The translations under genes were made by a program, and so were the position numbers. This document shows, piece by piece, positions 1 to 11,571 of a DNA stretch of 64,000 nt (position 1 is its first letter; the number at the start of each line of letters is the position of its first letter). The notes under the pieces are model-generated. The model did no database searches and was not told the DNA's origin. It saw only the letters and a list, made by a program, of their open reading frames with translations. This DNA comes from Octopus vulgaris (taxonomy: Eukaryota): the NCBI GenBank assembly GCA_951406725.2, contig OX597819.1:128030001-128094000 (forward strand), in the 5' to 3' direction.

Positions 1-106
1 TATGCATGCATGTATGTGTGTATGTATGTATGTATGTATGTATGTTTGTAAGTATGTATGTATGTATGTATGTATGTATGTATGTATGTATGTATGTATG
101 CATGTA
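1..106. repeat. (TATG)n microsatellite
   Basis: Direct reading. One of dozens of such tracts (e.g. 1305-1475, 1671-1770, 7138-7415, 20835-21760, 28350-28670, 41370-41820); only representative ones are listed. Confidence 0.95.
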
Positions 107-1019
107 TTACAAACCCTCCTTAGGTGGAATTTTCACTTCGGCATTCTTCTGGGGGTTAGAATTGATTTTTATTTCTTACGTGGTTTTATGTAAATCCTTG
201 CAGTCCTTTATCGTTGTCTTAAATTATGTTTGCAGCCATTGTGGCCAATAAAGGAAGAATTATTATTGTTGCTGTTGTTGTTATTGCTGTATGAGTGGCA
301 AGTCGGCAGAATCATCAGAACGTAGGAAAAAATACTTTGCAATGTTTCTTCAGGTTCTTCAAGTCTAAGTTCAAATACAACTGCGGTCAAATTTGTGGCA
401 ATCAACTTACCCACTCCCTACCAAACTGCTGGCCTTGTGACAAAATTTCAAAAATTTGTGATTATCATTATTGTTGTACAGGAGGCGAGCTTAGAAAAAA
501 TGCTTGACAATTTTTCTGACGGCTCTTTATGTTCTGAGTTCAAATTACGCCGAAGGTAGGGAGATGCTTTTTCTTTTCGTGATATATATATATATTGGAA
601 GGTTTGGAGATGATGTACAGGTATTATATATATATATACCTACTACTTTATTAAGATGTAACCATATTAGCAACTAGGTGTAGATTTATTCATTGCTCCT
701 AGTCATATTTTTTTTCTTTCACGTTCATATATATTAATGAAGTATATGAAGTATTTTCTGATCCTATCTTCAGTTCACATTGTACCACTCTGTAACCTAA
801 GTTCTTGACAATAAAGTAGGACGTAGTGGCTCTAACTGCACACACATGACGTCCCACCTTTACTGAAAGAATCACACGCTGCCAACCTTATACTTCACAT
901 TTTCCCCTAGGTCTCTGCACACACGCACACATACACAAACACAGGCACACATACACACATTTATATATATATATATTTATATATATATATATATATATGG
1001 AACTACGACGTTTTTTTCT

Positions 1020-1290
1020 TTACGATGACGAGGGTTCCAGTTGATCCAAGCAACGAAACAGCCTGCTCGTGAAATTAACATGTAAGTGGCTGAAAACCCC
1101 ATAGACACGCGTAACCTTAACGTAGCCTTAACCAAGGGGATTCATCGTGACAAAGAGTGTGACAAGGCTGGCTCTTTTAAATACAGGTACCACTCATTTT
1201 TGCCGGCTGAGTGAACTTGAGCAAAAGTAATTAAAGTGTCTTGCTCAAGGGTACAACGCGCAGCCTGCAATTGAATACTCTAACCACCAA
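1020..1290 (-). mobile_element. Degenerate SINE, related to family C
   Basis: gacgagggttccagttgatcc...cagcctgctcgtgaaattaac matches the 3' half of the copy at 55897-56283. Confidence 0.75.
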
Positions 1291-1353
1291 GCCCTCATCT
1301 ACCCATCCATCCATCCATACATACATACATACATACATCCATCCATACATACA

Positions 1354-1389
<36 letters not shown>

Positions 1390-1390
1390 T

Positions 1391-1475
<85 letters not shown>

Positions 1476-1482
<7 letters not shown>

Positions 1483-1668
1483 ATCTGGGGAGAATTTCCA
1501 ATCACTCATTTACTTATTTATTTATTTATTATAAATAAGTAAATAAGTGGAAATCAGACCGGTGAATAAAAATAATAAGTCACTAAAAGTGAATGACTTT
1601 CCCCAGACAATGAAATATGCTTCAACACACGAATTCACATAAAGAATCGTGCAAACCAAATACAAAAA

Positions 1669-1670
<2 letters not shown>
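1476..1670. mobile_element. Dispersed repeat in (TA)n with short inverted end; possibly derived from a Penelope-like element
   Basis: gtggaaatc..accggtga...aatgact(c/t)tccccagaca is shared with 33950-34070 and 60045-60297; tctgggga near 1487 is an inverted copy of the end. Confidence 0.55.
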
Positions 1671-1760
<90 letters not shown>

Positions 1761-1806
1761 GTATATATATTATTAGTGAATGAAATAAATGGAGTTGAAC
1801 GAAGAT

Positions 1807-1876
<70 letters not shown>

Positions 1877-2250
1877 TATATACATATATATATACATATA
1901 TATATATACATATATATATATACATATATATACACACACATGCATATACATATACTTACACACACACGCACATACATACAAGAGAGAGAGAGAGTGAGAG
2001 AGAGAGAAAGAGGTTAGATACAAACGGGGTAAAAACGCTGACCAGGCACTCTTATTCATTCACTCTTTTCCACAATTTGTAGCAACAAAGGATGGGGATC
2101 TTTAAGGGAATTGTAAAGGAAACAGAAGTCGAAACCAGCCACGGACGTAACGTGGTCTTTGATTTAGAATATGGTCCTGGGTAAGACATGTGCCCACTCA
2201 CACATATAAATCCTCATAAATGCGTACACACATGCACACACACACACACA

Positions 2251-2293
<43 letters not shown>

Positions 2294-2335
2294 ATAATTG
2301 CAGGCATTGCATATGGGCGCAGGTAAGACATATAG

Positions 2336-2672
2336 AGGCAGGAGTAGTTGTGTAGTAAGTTTGCTTCTCAACTGCAAGGTTCCGTGTTCAGTTCCACTTC
2401 GTGCACCTCGGGCAAGTGACTTCTAATAAAACCTTGCGTGTGGATCTTGTAGATCGAAACCGAAAGAAGTCCGCCGTGCATACGTGTGTGAGCGTGTGTG
2501 TGTGTGTGTCCCAGCACCACTTGACAACCACTGTTGGTGTGTTTATGTCCTCGTCACATAGCACTCCGGCAAAAAAAGGCCGATAGAATAAGTATCACTC
2601 GTTTAATAAAAATCTTTAAGGTGGTGCCCCAAAATGGCCACAATCTAATGGCTGAAACAAGTAAAAGAATAA
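2336..2672 (+). mobile_element. SINE family B, degenerate
   Basis: Colinear with 11366-11771 and 40521-40934. Confidence 0.8.
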
Positions 2673-2676
2673 ACGA

Positions 2677-2745
<69 letters not shown>

Positions 2746-2754
<9 letters not shown>

Positions 2755-2828
2755 AAGAAAAATAAGTTGGCTAGCAGCAAGAGGCGAAACAGCTTGCTGC
2801 TAGCCAACTTATTTTTCTTTACTATATA
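2746..2828. repeat. Perfect hairpin, 36-bp arms with 11-nt loop
   Basis: tatatagtaaagaaaaataagttggctagcagcaag / aggcgaaacag / cttgctgctagccaacttatttttctttactatata. Confidence 0.95.
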
Positions 2829-2939
2829 CTGAACCTTACAAAGGTCTTGACAATTATTTTGTCGTATTTACATACCGAAATTTACCGGTAAATAATTGTT
2901 GGTTACATGAAAAACCACAGGAAAATTATTTACCATTTT

Positions 2940-2986
<47 letters not shown>

Positions 2987-2987
<1 letters not shown>

Positions 2988-3503
2988 TAGCAGTATCGCC
3001 CGGCGTTGCTCGGGTTTGTAAGGGAAATAACTATATAAGCATTTTTAGAGACTTACTTCCCTTATAGATGCCAATTCGGGCTTTCTTAGCCATTTCTGTT
3101 TTGGTGTCTTCAAGCCATGAAGTCGTTGTTCTAAAAGAACGCTGGTCTCCTTGACAACGCTTTACGACGTTGATTTCCTTACACTCCCTTCCCCACAGCT
3201 TCCCGAGTAAGGGAAGAAGGGGGAGAAGCAAACACAGATGCAGGTGTTTGAGCGTGGACGCCAATTCCGCCGCCATCGACACACGAAAAATTATGCATTA
3301 AAATGGAATAAAAAATTATGTTAAATTATTTTTAAAATCGTAGACTCATCGTAGACTCGCGCTAATAGCCAGACGGGCTCGATATGAATTACGACTATAA
3401 GATACCCGAATTTGGTTAAACTGCACCGCAAAATGTGGGAGGAGTTAGGAATCTAAATCGAAGGGGACAGACACTCACACAACTACAGTTTTATATATAT
3501 AGA
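2987..3503 (-). mobile_element. Non-autonomous Helitron
   Basis: Minus strand begins A|TCTATATATATAAAA and ends CTAG|T, with a GC-rich subterminal hairpin (cccgagcaacgccggg) about 10 nt before the CTAG; inserted in (TA)n. Confidence 0.85.
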
Positions 3504-3626
3504 TATATATATATATACATATATATATATAACAAGTAGTTCCATGCTTTCTATGCTTTTGAAAAAATTATCATATATATATATGTGTGTGTGTGTACGT
3601 GTATACATACATACATACATACATAA

Positions 3627-3771
3627 ATGGTTGTGGCTGCGTGGTAAGAAGCTTGCTTTCCAACCACATGGTCTCCTGTTCAATCCCACTGGGTGCCATC
3701 TTGGACCGATTTGGTAGACCGTAACTGAAAGAAGTTCGTCGTATATATATAGATGTGTGTGTGTGCGTGTG

Positions 3772-3831
<60 letters not shown>

Positions 3832-3915
3832 ACTGTAACTTAGTGTTTCGGCGAGAAAGACCGATAGAATAAGTACTAGCCTTACAAAGGATAAGTCCAT
3901 GACTGAAAGAGGTTA
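3627..3915 (+). mobile_element. SINE family B, degenerate and internally deleted
   Basis: gtggctgcgtggtaagaagcttgc head; internal (TG)n; ccgatagaataagtactag. Confidence 0.75.
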
Positions 3916-4574
3916 AAAAAATTATGTGTAGATTGTATGTATGCATGTGTGTGCGCGCGCGCCCTATATCCGTGTCTATTGAACTGCGAGATTGTCTTTA
4001 AATAGTTTACCACTTGTTTATGTCGAACCTGGTGACATTTTAATAAAACAGAAAGACGATGCGAAAGTCTCGTACGTGTTGAATCTTAGGTTCGAAGTTC
4101 GAGACCCGATGGAGACTTGTTGACACGTGGGAGTTGTGACCTTTCACCTCGAGCACTCAATTTGCGCCTTGCCTCCGTATGATGGCAAAACATTATCGCC
4201 GATGTTTTGTTTACATACCGTTGAAAAAGTAACCTTTATCTGAGTGTTGTTGTTGTTGTTGTTGTTGTTATTGTTTTAGTGATGGTAGCGATGGTGATGG
4301 TGATGGTGATGGTGGTGATAATATTACTGAAGTAAGGAAAGAAGAAAGCGCGATGTGTTTAAGCGAGAAGTAATTGATGGAAAGGAAATGGCTGCCGGGT
4401 GACGGTGGAGTGTTTGATTGTTTGGTGTCGTTGATGGGATTTTGGACGGAGAGAGGGAAGTGAGGAAGGCATAGGAAGAGAGAGAGAGGGGGGAAACAAG
4501 AAGGGAAGGAAGAAGAAGAAGAACTAATGAGAAAGGTTAAGAGAGAGGGGAAGAACAGAAGAATACAGGCAAGT

Positions 4575-4607
<33 letters not shown>

Positions 4608-4796
4608 AAAGACAGAAGTCGCGCGTGTGTACGAGTGTGTGTTATTGAAGTCTTTTAAAGAAGAGGAAAGTCTGACTGACGGATGTCTTTTCATGACATG
4701 TCCCTGGACGAACTTTGAAGCAACGGCGGACGATGGCCGAGGCGTTGCGTGAGTGAGAGGAAGAGAGAGGGGAGACGACTAGAGAGGACTCGAGAA

Positions 4797-4832
<36 letters not shown>

Positions 4833-5236
4833 ACAGTGAGGTTACAACAAGACAGCATCCGTACCTCTCAGCAACATTTTTAGAAAATACCTCTGTGAAT
4901 GTGTGTGTGTGTGTGTGTGTATCTGCGTGTGTGTGTAAGTGTAAATGACTGTGCGTATGTATAAGTCTTTCCCCTTTTAGTGGTTGTTATCGTTCTGCTT
5001 TAGTTGTTGTTGTTGTTGGTTATGGTAGTGTCGTTGGAAATAGGAAATAAATAATGATAAATGCCACAACCTCAGACATATTAGTCCGATGTCTGGCGTC
5101 GACAATTAGTAACGCCATTGTCATCAAAGTATGAAAAAAACGAACCGAGGATGGAATCCTACGTAGTCGCTTCATCTGCTACCAATAGCAGCAAAATCCT
5201 CCTCAAATCACAGCCCTACAAAAGGCCCTTGATATT

Positions 5237-5843
5237 GCGGTGAGCTTGGCAGAATCGTTAGCCCGCCGGGCGAAATGCTTAGAAGTATTTCGTCTGCCGC
5301 TACGTTCAGAGTTCACATTCCGCCGAGGTCGACTTTACCTTTCATCCTTTCGGGGTCGATAAATTAAGTACCAGTTACGTACTGGGGTAGATGTAATCGA
5401 CTTAATCGACTTTGTCTGTCCTTGTTTGTCCCCTCTGTGTTTAGCCCCTTGTGGGTAGTAAAGAAATCGGTATTTCGTCTGCCGTTACGTTCTGAGTTCA
5501 AATTCCGCCGAGGTCGACTTTGCCTTTCATCCTTTCGGGGTCGATTAAATAAAGTACCAGTTACGCACTGGGGTCGATGTAATCGACTTAATCCGTTTGT
5601 CTGTCCTTGTTTGTCTTCCCTGTGTTTAGCCCCTCGTGGGTAGTAAAGAAATAGGTATTTCGTCTGTCTTTACCTTCTGAGTTCAAATTCCGCCGACGTC
5701 GACTTTGCCTGTCATCCTTTCGGGGTCGATTAAATAAGTACCAGTTACGCACTGGGGTCGATAAAATCGGCTTAATCCGTTTGTCTGTCATTTTTTGTCC
5801 CCTCTGTGTTTAGCCCCTTGTGGGTAGTAAGGAAATAGGTATT
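5237..5843 (+). mobile_element. SINE family A (tRNA-like head) with body repeated three times in tandem
   Basis: Head gagcttggcagaatcgttag, B-box-like gagttcaaattcc; units of about 185 bp at about 5286, 5470 and 5655. Confidence 0.9.
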
Positions 5844-6693
5844 ACATAGAGAAAGACGGAATGTTAACACTGGAACCGACCTCGGGGTAAACAACAACAA
5901 GAATAAAGAGCCAACAACTGTGCTCTTCGTAGTTGTTTGGTTAGCGAATTAAAGCTTTGATGTCTTGTGATTACACACCTACAATCCTTGCAAACAAAGA
6001 ACGCAATACATAATATAGTGTTAGATACACACTGACACCCTCCTTCAGAAAGAAAGCCAGATAGTCAAAGCTGGAATGCGTTAGATCAGTCAAGGTGCTC
6101 CAGCATTTTAACATCCTCAACAACTTCGATAAAGAAAAACAAAAGGATTATCTCTTTTGTATAAGATCAAATTTTAGGGCTTTAAAGGAGAGCAGCTGAT
6201 AAATTGCTCAAAAGACATAACTGGCTCCTATTTTATCAATCACAGAAAATTAATTTTCGTGGGATTTGAACTCAGAATGAAAAATAAGCGCAGATTTCGG
6301 ATTTTTTCCAAATCCAAAGCCACAAAGGTAAATGATTTCTTCTACGGATCCGGTTGCCCAATGCCTTATGAGTGAATTTGGTTAGACGGAATTTATGAGA
6401 AAGCCCGTCACGTAAATTTTTACCTTGAATTTGTTTTTTTTTGTGAAAACTGGTGTTGCAAGCAATGTTGATACGAATCATTAAAGACGCGTTGAAAGAT
6501 TTCTTTGTCATTATATGGATTATAATTTACACTTCACCACACACACACAACTGTTTTACCGTCGTGAAAACAAGATTTTCTACACCTGAATAATTTCGGT
6601 ATTAACCTGGAATCCGACAGTGTTGACTGCCCAGAACTCGGGTTGAGTGCCACCTCTGGAAATACCCTATATTAATAGACATACATACATGCA

Positions 6694-6756
<63 letters not shown>

Positions 6757-6759
6757 AGC

Positions 6760-6955
6760 AAAAGTGTACGTACGCCGCTATAGGTATTTATAAATATAAA
6801 ACTGGAACAAAAACGCAATACGGGACAATAAAACATTGGGACATATAGACGATACAAGGCGGACAGGAAAAACAACAATTAGAAGAACAGGAAAAAACAA
6901 AAAAGACGGGTCATTCATGGCTTGCTTTCGTCAGTCAAGTTACCAGATGATAGAT
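6760..6955 (-). mobile_element. Partial copy of the HHR-bearing family at 9905-10360
   Basis: Minus strand atcatctggtaacttgaCTGACGA...gaatgacccgtc aligns with atgatctggttcttgaCTGATGA...gaatgtcccgtc. Confidence 0.65.
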
Positions 6956-7009
6956 CGTTAGCCACTACACACATTTTTTCTCTCCTTGTTTCTCTCCTTT
7001 TTTTTCTGT

Positions 7010-7051
7010 GTCCCTTTCTGTAGAAGAGCGTAGGCTCGAAACGTAAAAGAC
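7010..7051 (+). ncRNA. Minimal type I hammerhead-like motif (core variant CUGUAGA)
   Basis: cttt-CTGTAGA-a-gagc(gtag)gctc-GAAA-CG-TA^-aaag; stem I cttt/aaag, stem II 4 bp, palindromic ACGT stem III; A6 is substituted. Confidence 0.65.
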
Positions 7052-7862
7052 TTTTTCTATTCCTGAGCGTTGTACTAATACATCTGTTTGCTTTGTACAC
7101 CACCTATCTTCGTCTTTTTTTTTTCGTAAACTCTCCCTACATACATACATACATACATGCATACATACATACATACATTCATTCATACATACATACATAC
7201 ATACATACATACATACATACATACATACATGCATGCATGCATACATACATGCATTCATTCATACATACATACATACATACATTCATACATACATACATAC
7301 ATTCATACATACATACATGCATGCATGCATACATACATACATACATTCATTCATACATACATACATACATACATACATACATACATACATACATACATAC
7401 ATACATACATACATGTATGCTTGTGTGAGCGTGTGTGTATTTGGATATGTGTCTTCTACCAGTCGTACGCAATGTCAGTTGCCTTGATTCTGTATTGCAT
7501 TTACCTGAGAGGAGATATTTATTTATGTAACAGTTGTTTTAAAACCTGTAAATCCTCAGCAGAGGTAAAAAAAATCACGTTCGCTTCACTGCTCATTGCC
7601 TAGCAATAGTCGTGCTATTGTATCGATTTCCAATGTATTTCTACACGTGTGTGTGTGTGTACGTGTGTGTATGTGTGTTTGTGAGTGTGTGTGTGTGCCT
7701 AATGCACGGAAGCATAGAGAGAAAAGACAAAGATAAGCAAATATTTAAAACCACCTCGACACCGTTAAATTATGTATGTATGTGTGTGCTTGTGTGCGTG
7801 TATTCATAATCATATTTAAAGTTACATATAAAAATGAGTGCTCTTTACGAGTATTCAAACGA

Positions 7863-7931
<69 letters not shown>

Positions 7932-8160
7932 CAACAATTAGTGTCAACAAGCGATATTACCATTAAACAGCTATACAATAAATTCATAATTATATTAGAG
8001 CGTACACGAGGCATAGGCTTGCTAGAAAGTGGAAATAAAACCCCTAAGTTAACCACCAATTTCACTGAAAATATGCAACGGACCAACAGAAATCTGGCAA
8101 AGTTGAGGAATTTAGCATACTATCTCAACTAAAAAGCCGTAGAATGAGGTAGTAGATAAG

Positions 8161-8211
8161 CCTAGATCATGATTTCGAGTTCTGGCTTGAGCCTCAATTC
8201 TCCTCAGCAGG
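8161..8211 (-). ncRNA. Minimal type I hammerhead ribozyme with intact core
   Basis: Minus strand cctg-CTGAGGA-gaattgaggc(tcaa)gccagaactc-GAAA-TCATGA-TC^-tagg; stem I cctg/tagg; palindromic ATCATGAT stem III; predicted cut between 8165 and 8164. Confidence 0.75.
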
Positions 8212-8280
8212 TCTGGCCGTACCTCGTAATCCGTTACGTCTTGAATATTCTCGCTCCAAATTAAAAAAAAATTTCAGCGC

Positions 8281-8314
<34 letters not shown>

Positions 8315-8320
<6 letters not shown>

Positions 8321-8754
8321 GTTGTGAATTTAAGGAAAGAAATCCCATGAAACCTACCAATTTAGTCAAATATGGAGAATATGTTAAAATCTATAAGAGA
8401 ATTTTAATTCATGCAGACGATCGTTTTGTACAGAGATAAAAAAAAATCATGGAAATTCTTGGTTGAATTGAATAAAATAAAATTAATTAAATGAATTAAT
8501 TATATAGCAATGTACTGTTCAGTGCAAGAATTATAAACAAAGAACTTGAGAAAGGAAATAACAGAATAGAATCCAGGAGATTCATATTTATCCCCTTCAA
8601 CATTGAATTTGATGATTTTTTTATAACTCTGTACGAAACGATCGCCTGCATTAATTAAAATTCTCTCATATATTTTAACATCTTCTCTTCTCCATTTTTA
8701 ACTAAATTGTTGAGTTTTGATGGGAATTTCTTTCCATAAATTCACAACTCAACA
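8315..8754. repeat. Long imperfect inverted repeat (arms about 8315-8467 and 8596-8754)
   Basis: tgttgtgttgtgaatttaaggaaagaaatcccat versus atgggaatttctttccataaattcacaactcaaca; both arms carry a variant of GAAACGATCGTC. Confidence 0.9.
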
Positions 8755-8890
8755 CATACAAGTACTATTTTCATATTCGTAAATTTACGTCTGTGAATTA
8801 CCAACAAGATATGAAGAATCAATATTAGAAATCTTTTTGGGAAACCTCCAAATTAAAGGAAGAACCTAAATTCAACCTTTTTGCACTTCT

Positions 8891-8931
<41 letters not shown>

Positions 8932-9016
8932 CATATATATATATATTTATTTGTATGTATGTATATAAATGAATATTCAAATGAATACTCGTAAAGATTA
9001 TTATTATTATTATTAT

Positions 9017-9072
<56 letters not shown>

Positions 9073-9075
9073 GTA

Positions 9076-9111
<36 letters not shown>

Positions 9112-9813
9112 CAACGGTAAATTTGAACAATTGATAATAGCAACAATAACATTAGTGGCAGCAAGCGATATTAGCAGTAAATTGCTATATAATAAGTTCA
9201 TAGTTATTTTGTATGTGTGTGTGTGTGTTTGAACATGATATATTAATAGGCTCAGTATTCCGCAACAGGAAAACTCTTAATATAGTTCTTTAGAACGATC
9301 AATGTAGAACAGTGCGGTGGTGCAGGATTTATGAATTACTGGTAAAATCGATGCACTGATCTTCAGCACAATCTCCGTTTACCCACCTTCACTCAGAAGG
9401 CTTAGGTCAACTCAAGGCTATACATGAGAATCACTTGCGCAACATGTCACGGAGTAAGATGAAACCCAAGGGCTCATTATAGCAGACAAAAGGTCTTATG
9501 CCACAACCATGGTTCCACACGCGAGTTGTAAACGATCGTTTATACTCTTTCAAAGGACAATATCAACAATAAGAGCAACAACGGCTAAAACAAAACCAAA
9601 AATGACGAAATGATTTAAAATATGTCTCGGGAGCTGGAATAATTATTTTTTAAGGGAGATTAATGTGCTCGGTGAATGTGAAACAGTAAACCTGTTGTCC
9701 ACAGAGGTCGCCTGCATGTCGTAGCGAAGTAATGATGTGTATGTTCTCTATTTTCTCTTGACCCTTACGTACTGACCTACATAAACATATTAAGATTCAA
9801 GGAATTTAATCTT

Positions 9814-9848
<35 letters not shown>

Positions 9849-9904
9849 GTCTATCTATCTATGTATCTATCTATCTATGTATGTATCTATCTATCTATCT
9901 ATCT

Positions 9905-10360
9905 TGAAGCAACACGTTTTTGTTTGTCTCCCGCGGCCATAAGGCACATCTCCATAAGCCAGCCCCAAACTCAACTCGTCCTGTCGAAAGTCCCTTGTCC
10001 TACGTCCTGGTTTTGTTTTTTATCCTTACCGTTATTGTTTTTACGTTTTTGTATTCTTATTCGTGCTTTCCTTATTGTTTTCACGTATTTCTGTATTTTT
10101 ATTCGTGTACTTCGTTCGTTTTCCGCCCTTGTGTTGTATATATTCGAAGCTTTCTTCCAAGGGATCTAATGCGCTTGGCTTAGATTTCCCTTGGGGGCTG
10201 CCCAGGTCGGAGCAATCTCAAGATTAATCAGCCGAAATTGCGAAGATGATCTGGTTCTTGACTGATGACTGAGGGCTTCGAATGTCCCGTCCTGTGGTTC
10301 TTGTGTCGTCTCCTAGGTGTTTCACGTTCTTGTCCCAGTTTGTATATATTTTTTACTTTT
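9905..10360 (+). mobile_element. Non-coding element between (TATC)n and (TA)n carrying a non-canonical HHR-like motif
   Basis: 10227-10360 is repeated inverted at 34922-35045; HHR core motifs at 10212-10268. Confidence 0.65.
10196..10277 (+). ncRNA. Candidate hammerhead ribozyme with non-canonical (pseudoknotted) strand order
   Basis: gcaaTC^tcaaga (10212-10223); cagccGAAAttgc (10229-10241); tcttgaCTGATGA (10256-10268). Stem I (6 bp) and stem III (5 bp) abut the core nucleotides exactly. Confidence 0.55.
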
Positions 10361-10431
<71 letters not shown>

Positions 10432-10502
10432 ATATACGTGTGAGTAGACAAACGAAAGAAGGGCACTCAACACATTTATTGGGAGTTACATGTATAGATC
10501 AA

Positions 10503-10547
10503 AACAGTTACTCTGAGTTTCAAGCGTGTGGCTAGTCTTTAGGTGTT
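10503..10547 (-). ncRNA. Degenerate minimal hammerhead motif
   Basis: Minus strand CTAAAGA-ctagc(cacac)gctt-GAAA-CTCAGAG-TA; same stem III as 51274-51323; AATAAA downstream (10475-10480); G5 mutated and stem I poor. Confidence 0.45.
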
Positions 10548-11365
10548 GGTGTTTGAATCAGAGTTCAGTTGAAGAGACTCAATGTTTATTACTGGACGTT
10601 AGCGTGCAAATGGTCGAGAAAGGTCATGTGGTATAGCGGTTTAATGTCGGGATTGCAGCGAGGACAATTAGTTGGAAAATACCGCACGGTGAATAGGAAA
10701 TCGACCGCGTGGTGAACAGGAATTCGATCGCGTGGTAGACAAGATATCGGTCGGGTGGTTAGGGGAAGTAGGAAGGAGCGGTAGATGTGGGGGTATATAT
10801 GTGTATAAATGTACATGTATATGACCATAAATCTGCGTGTATACATCCGTACTTATACGAGTGTGTATGTGTGCCTAGATGTACATTCAAACATCCGCGC
10901 GGGCTCACACACACACACACACACACATTTACACATACACACGCTTATACATTCACACACACACACACACACACACATTTACACATACACACGCTTATAC
11001 ATTCACACACACACGGACACACATACATACACGGACACACACACACGCATGTATAGTGGTGATAGCGCGCCGTTCTCATTACAAGGAACAAATCTTTGCA
11101 TAGACTTCTTCCTCCATTTTCCTCCATTTTTCTCGTTAAGTCCATCGGTGATGATCCCACTTCTATGGGAGGTAATGTGCCGGAAAAGAAGAAATTTAAT
11201 CTCTGCTTCGACGCTGTCATCACCTTTAATTGGCCATCATAACCAGGCAATAAGACCAGAAGATGTTAGTGGAAGCACAGAATAGAGAGGCACCAAGTTA
11301 CACTCAAATGCATCGGCTTCTTAAACTCTATCTTCTAAGAGTAAAGTACTCTAGAAATACACGTA

Positions 11366-11538
11366 TAGGCGCAGGAGTGGCTGTGTGGTAAGTAGCTTGC
11401 TAACCAACCACATGGTTCCGGGTTCAGTCCCACTGCGTGGCATCTTGGGCAAGTATCTTCTGTTATAGCCCCGGCCCGACCAATGCCTTGTGAGTGGATT
11501 TGGTAGACGGAAACTGAAAGAAGCCTGTCGTATATATG

Positions 11539-11571
<33 letters not shown>

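Noticed and set aside
745-779. Minus-strand CTGAAGA...GAAA with tgaa/ttca stem
   Set aside because: No credible stem II or UH; compatible with chance.
2850-2900. GAA plus palindrome ATTTACCGGTAAAT with flanking stems
   Set aside because: No CUGANGA-like core.
4683-4755. Short ATG ORF followed by a GTGAGT donor-like site
   Set aside because: Only 11 codons; no acceptor or partner exon found.
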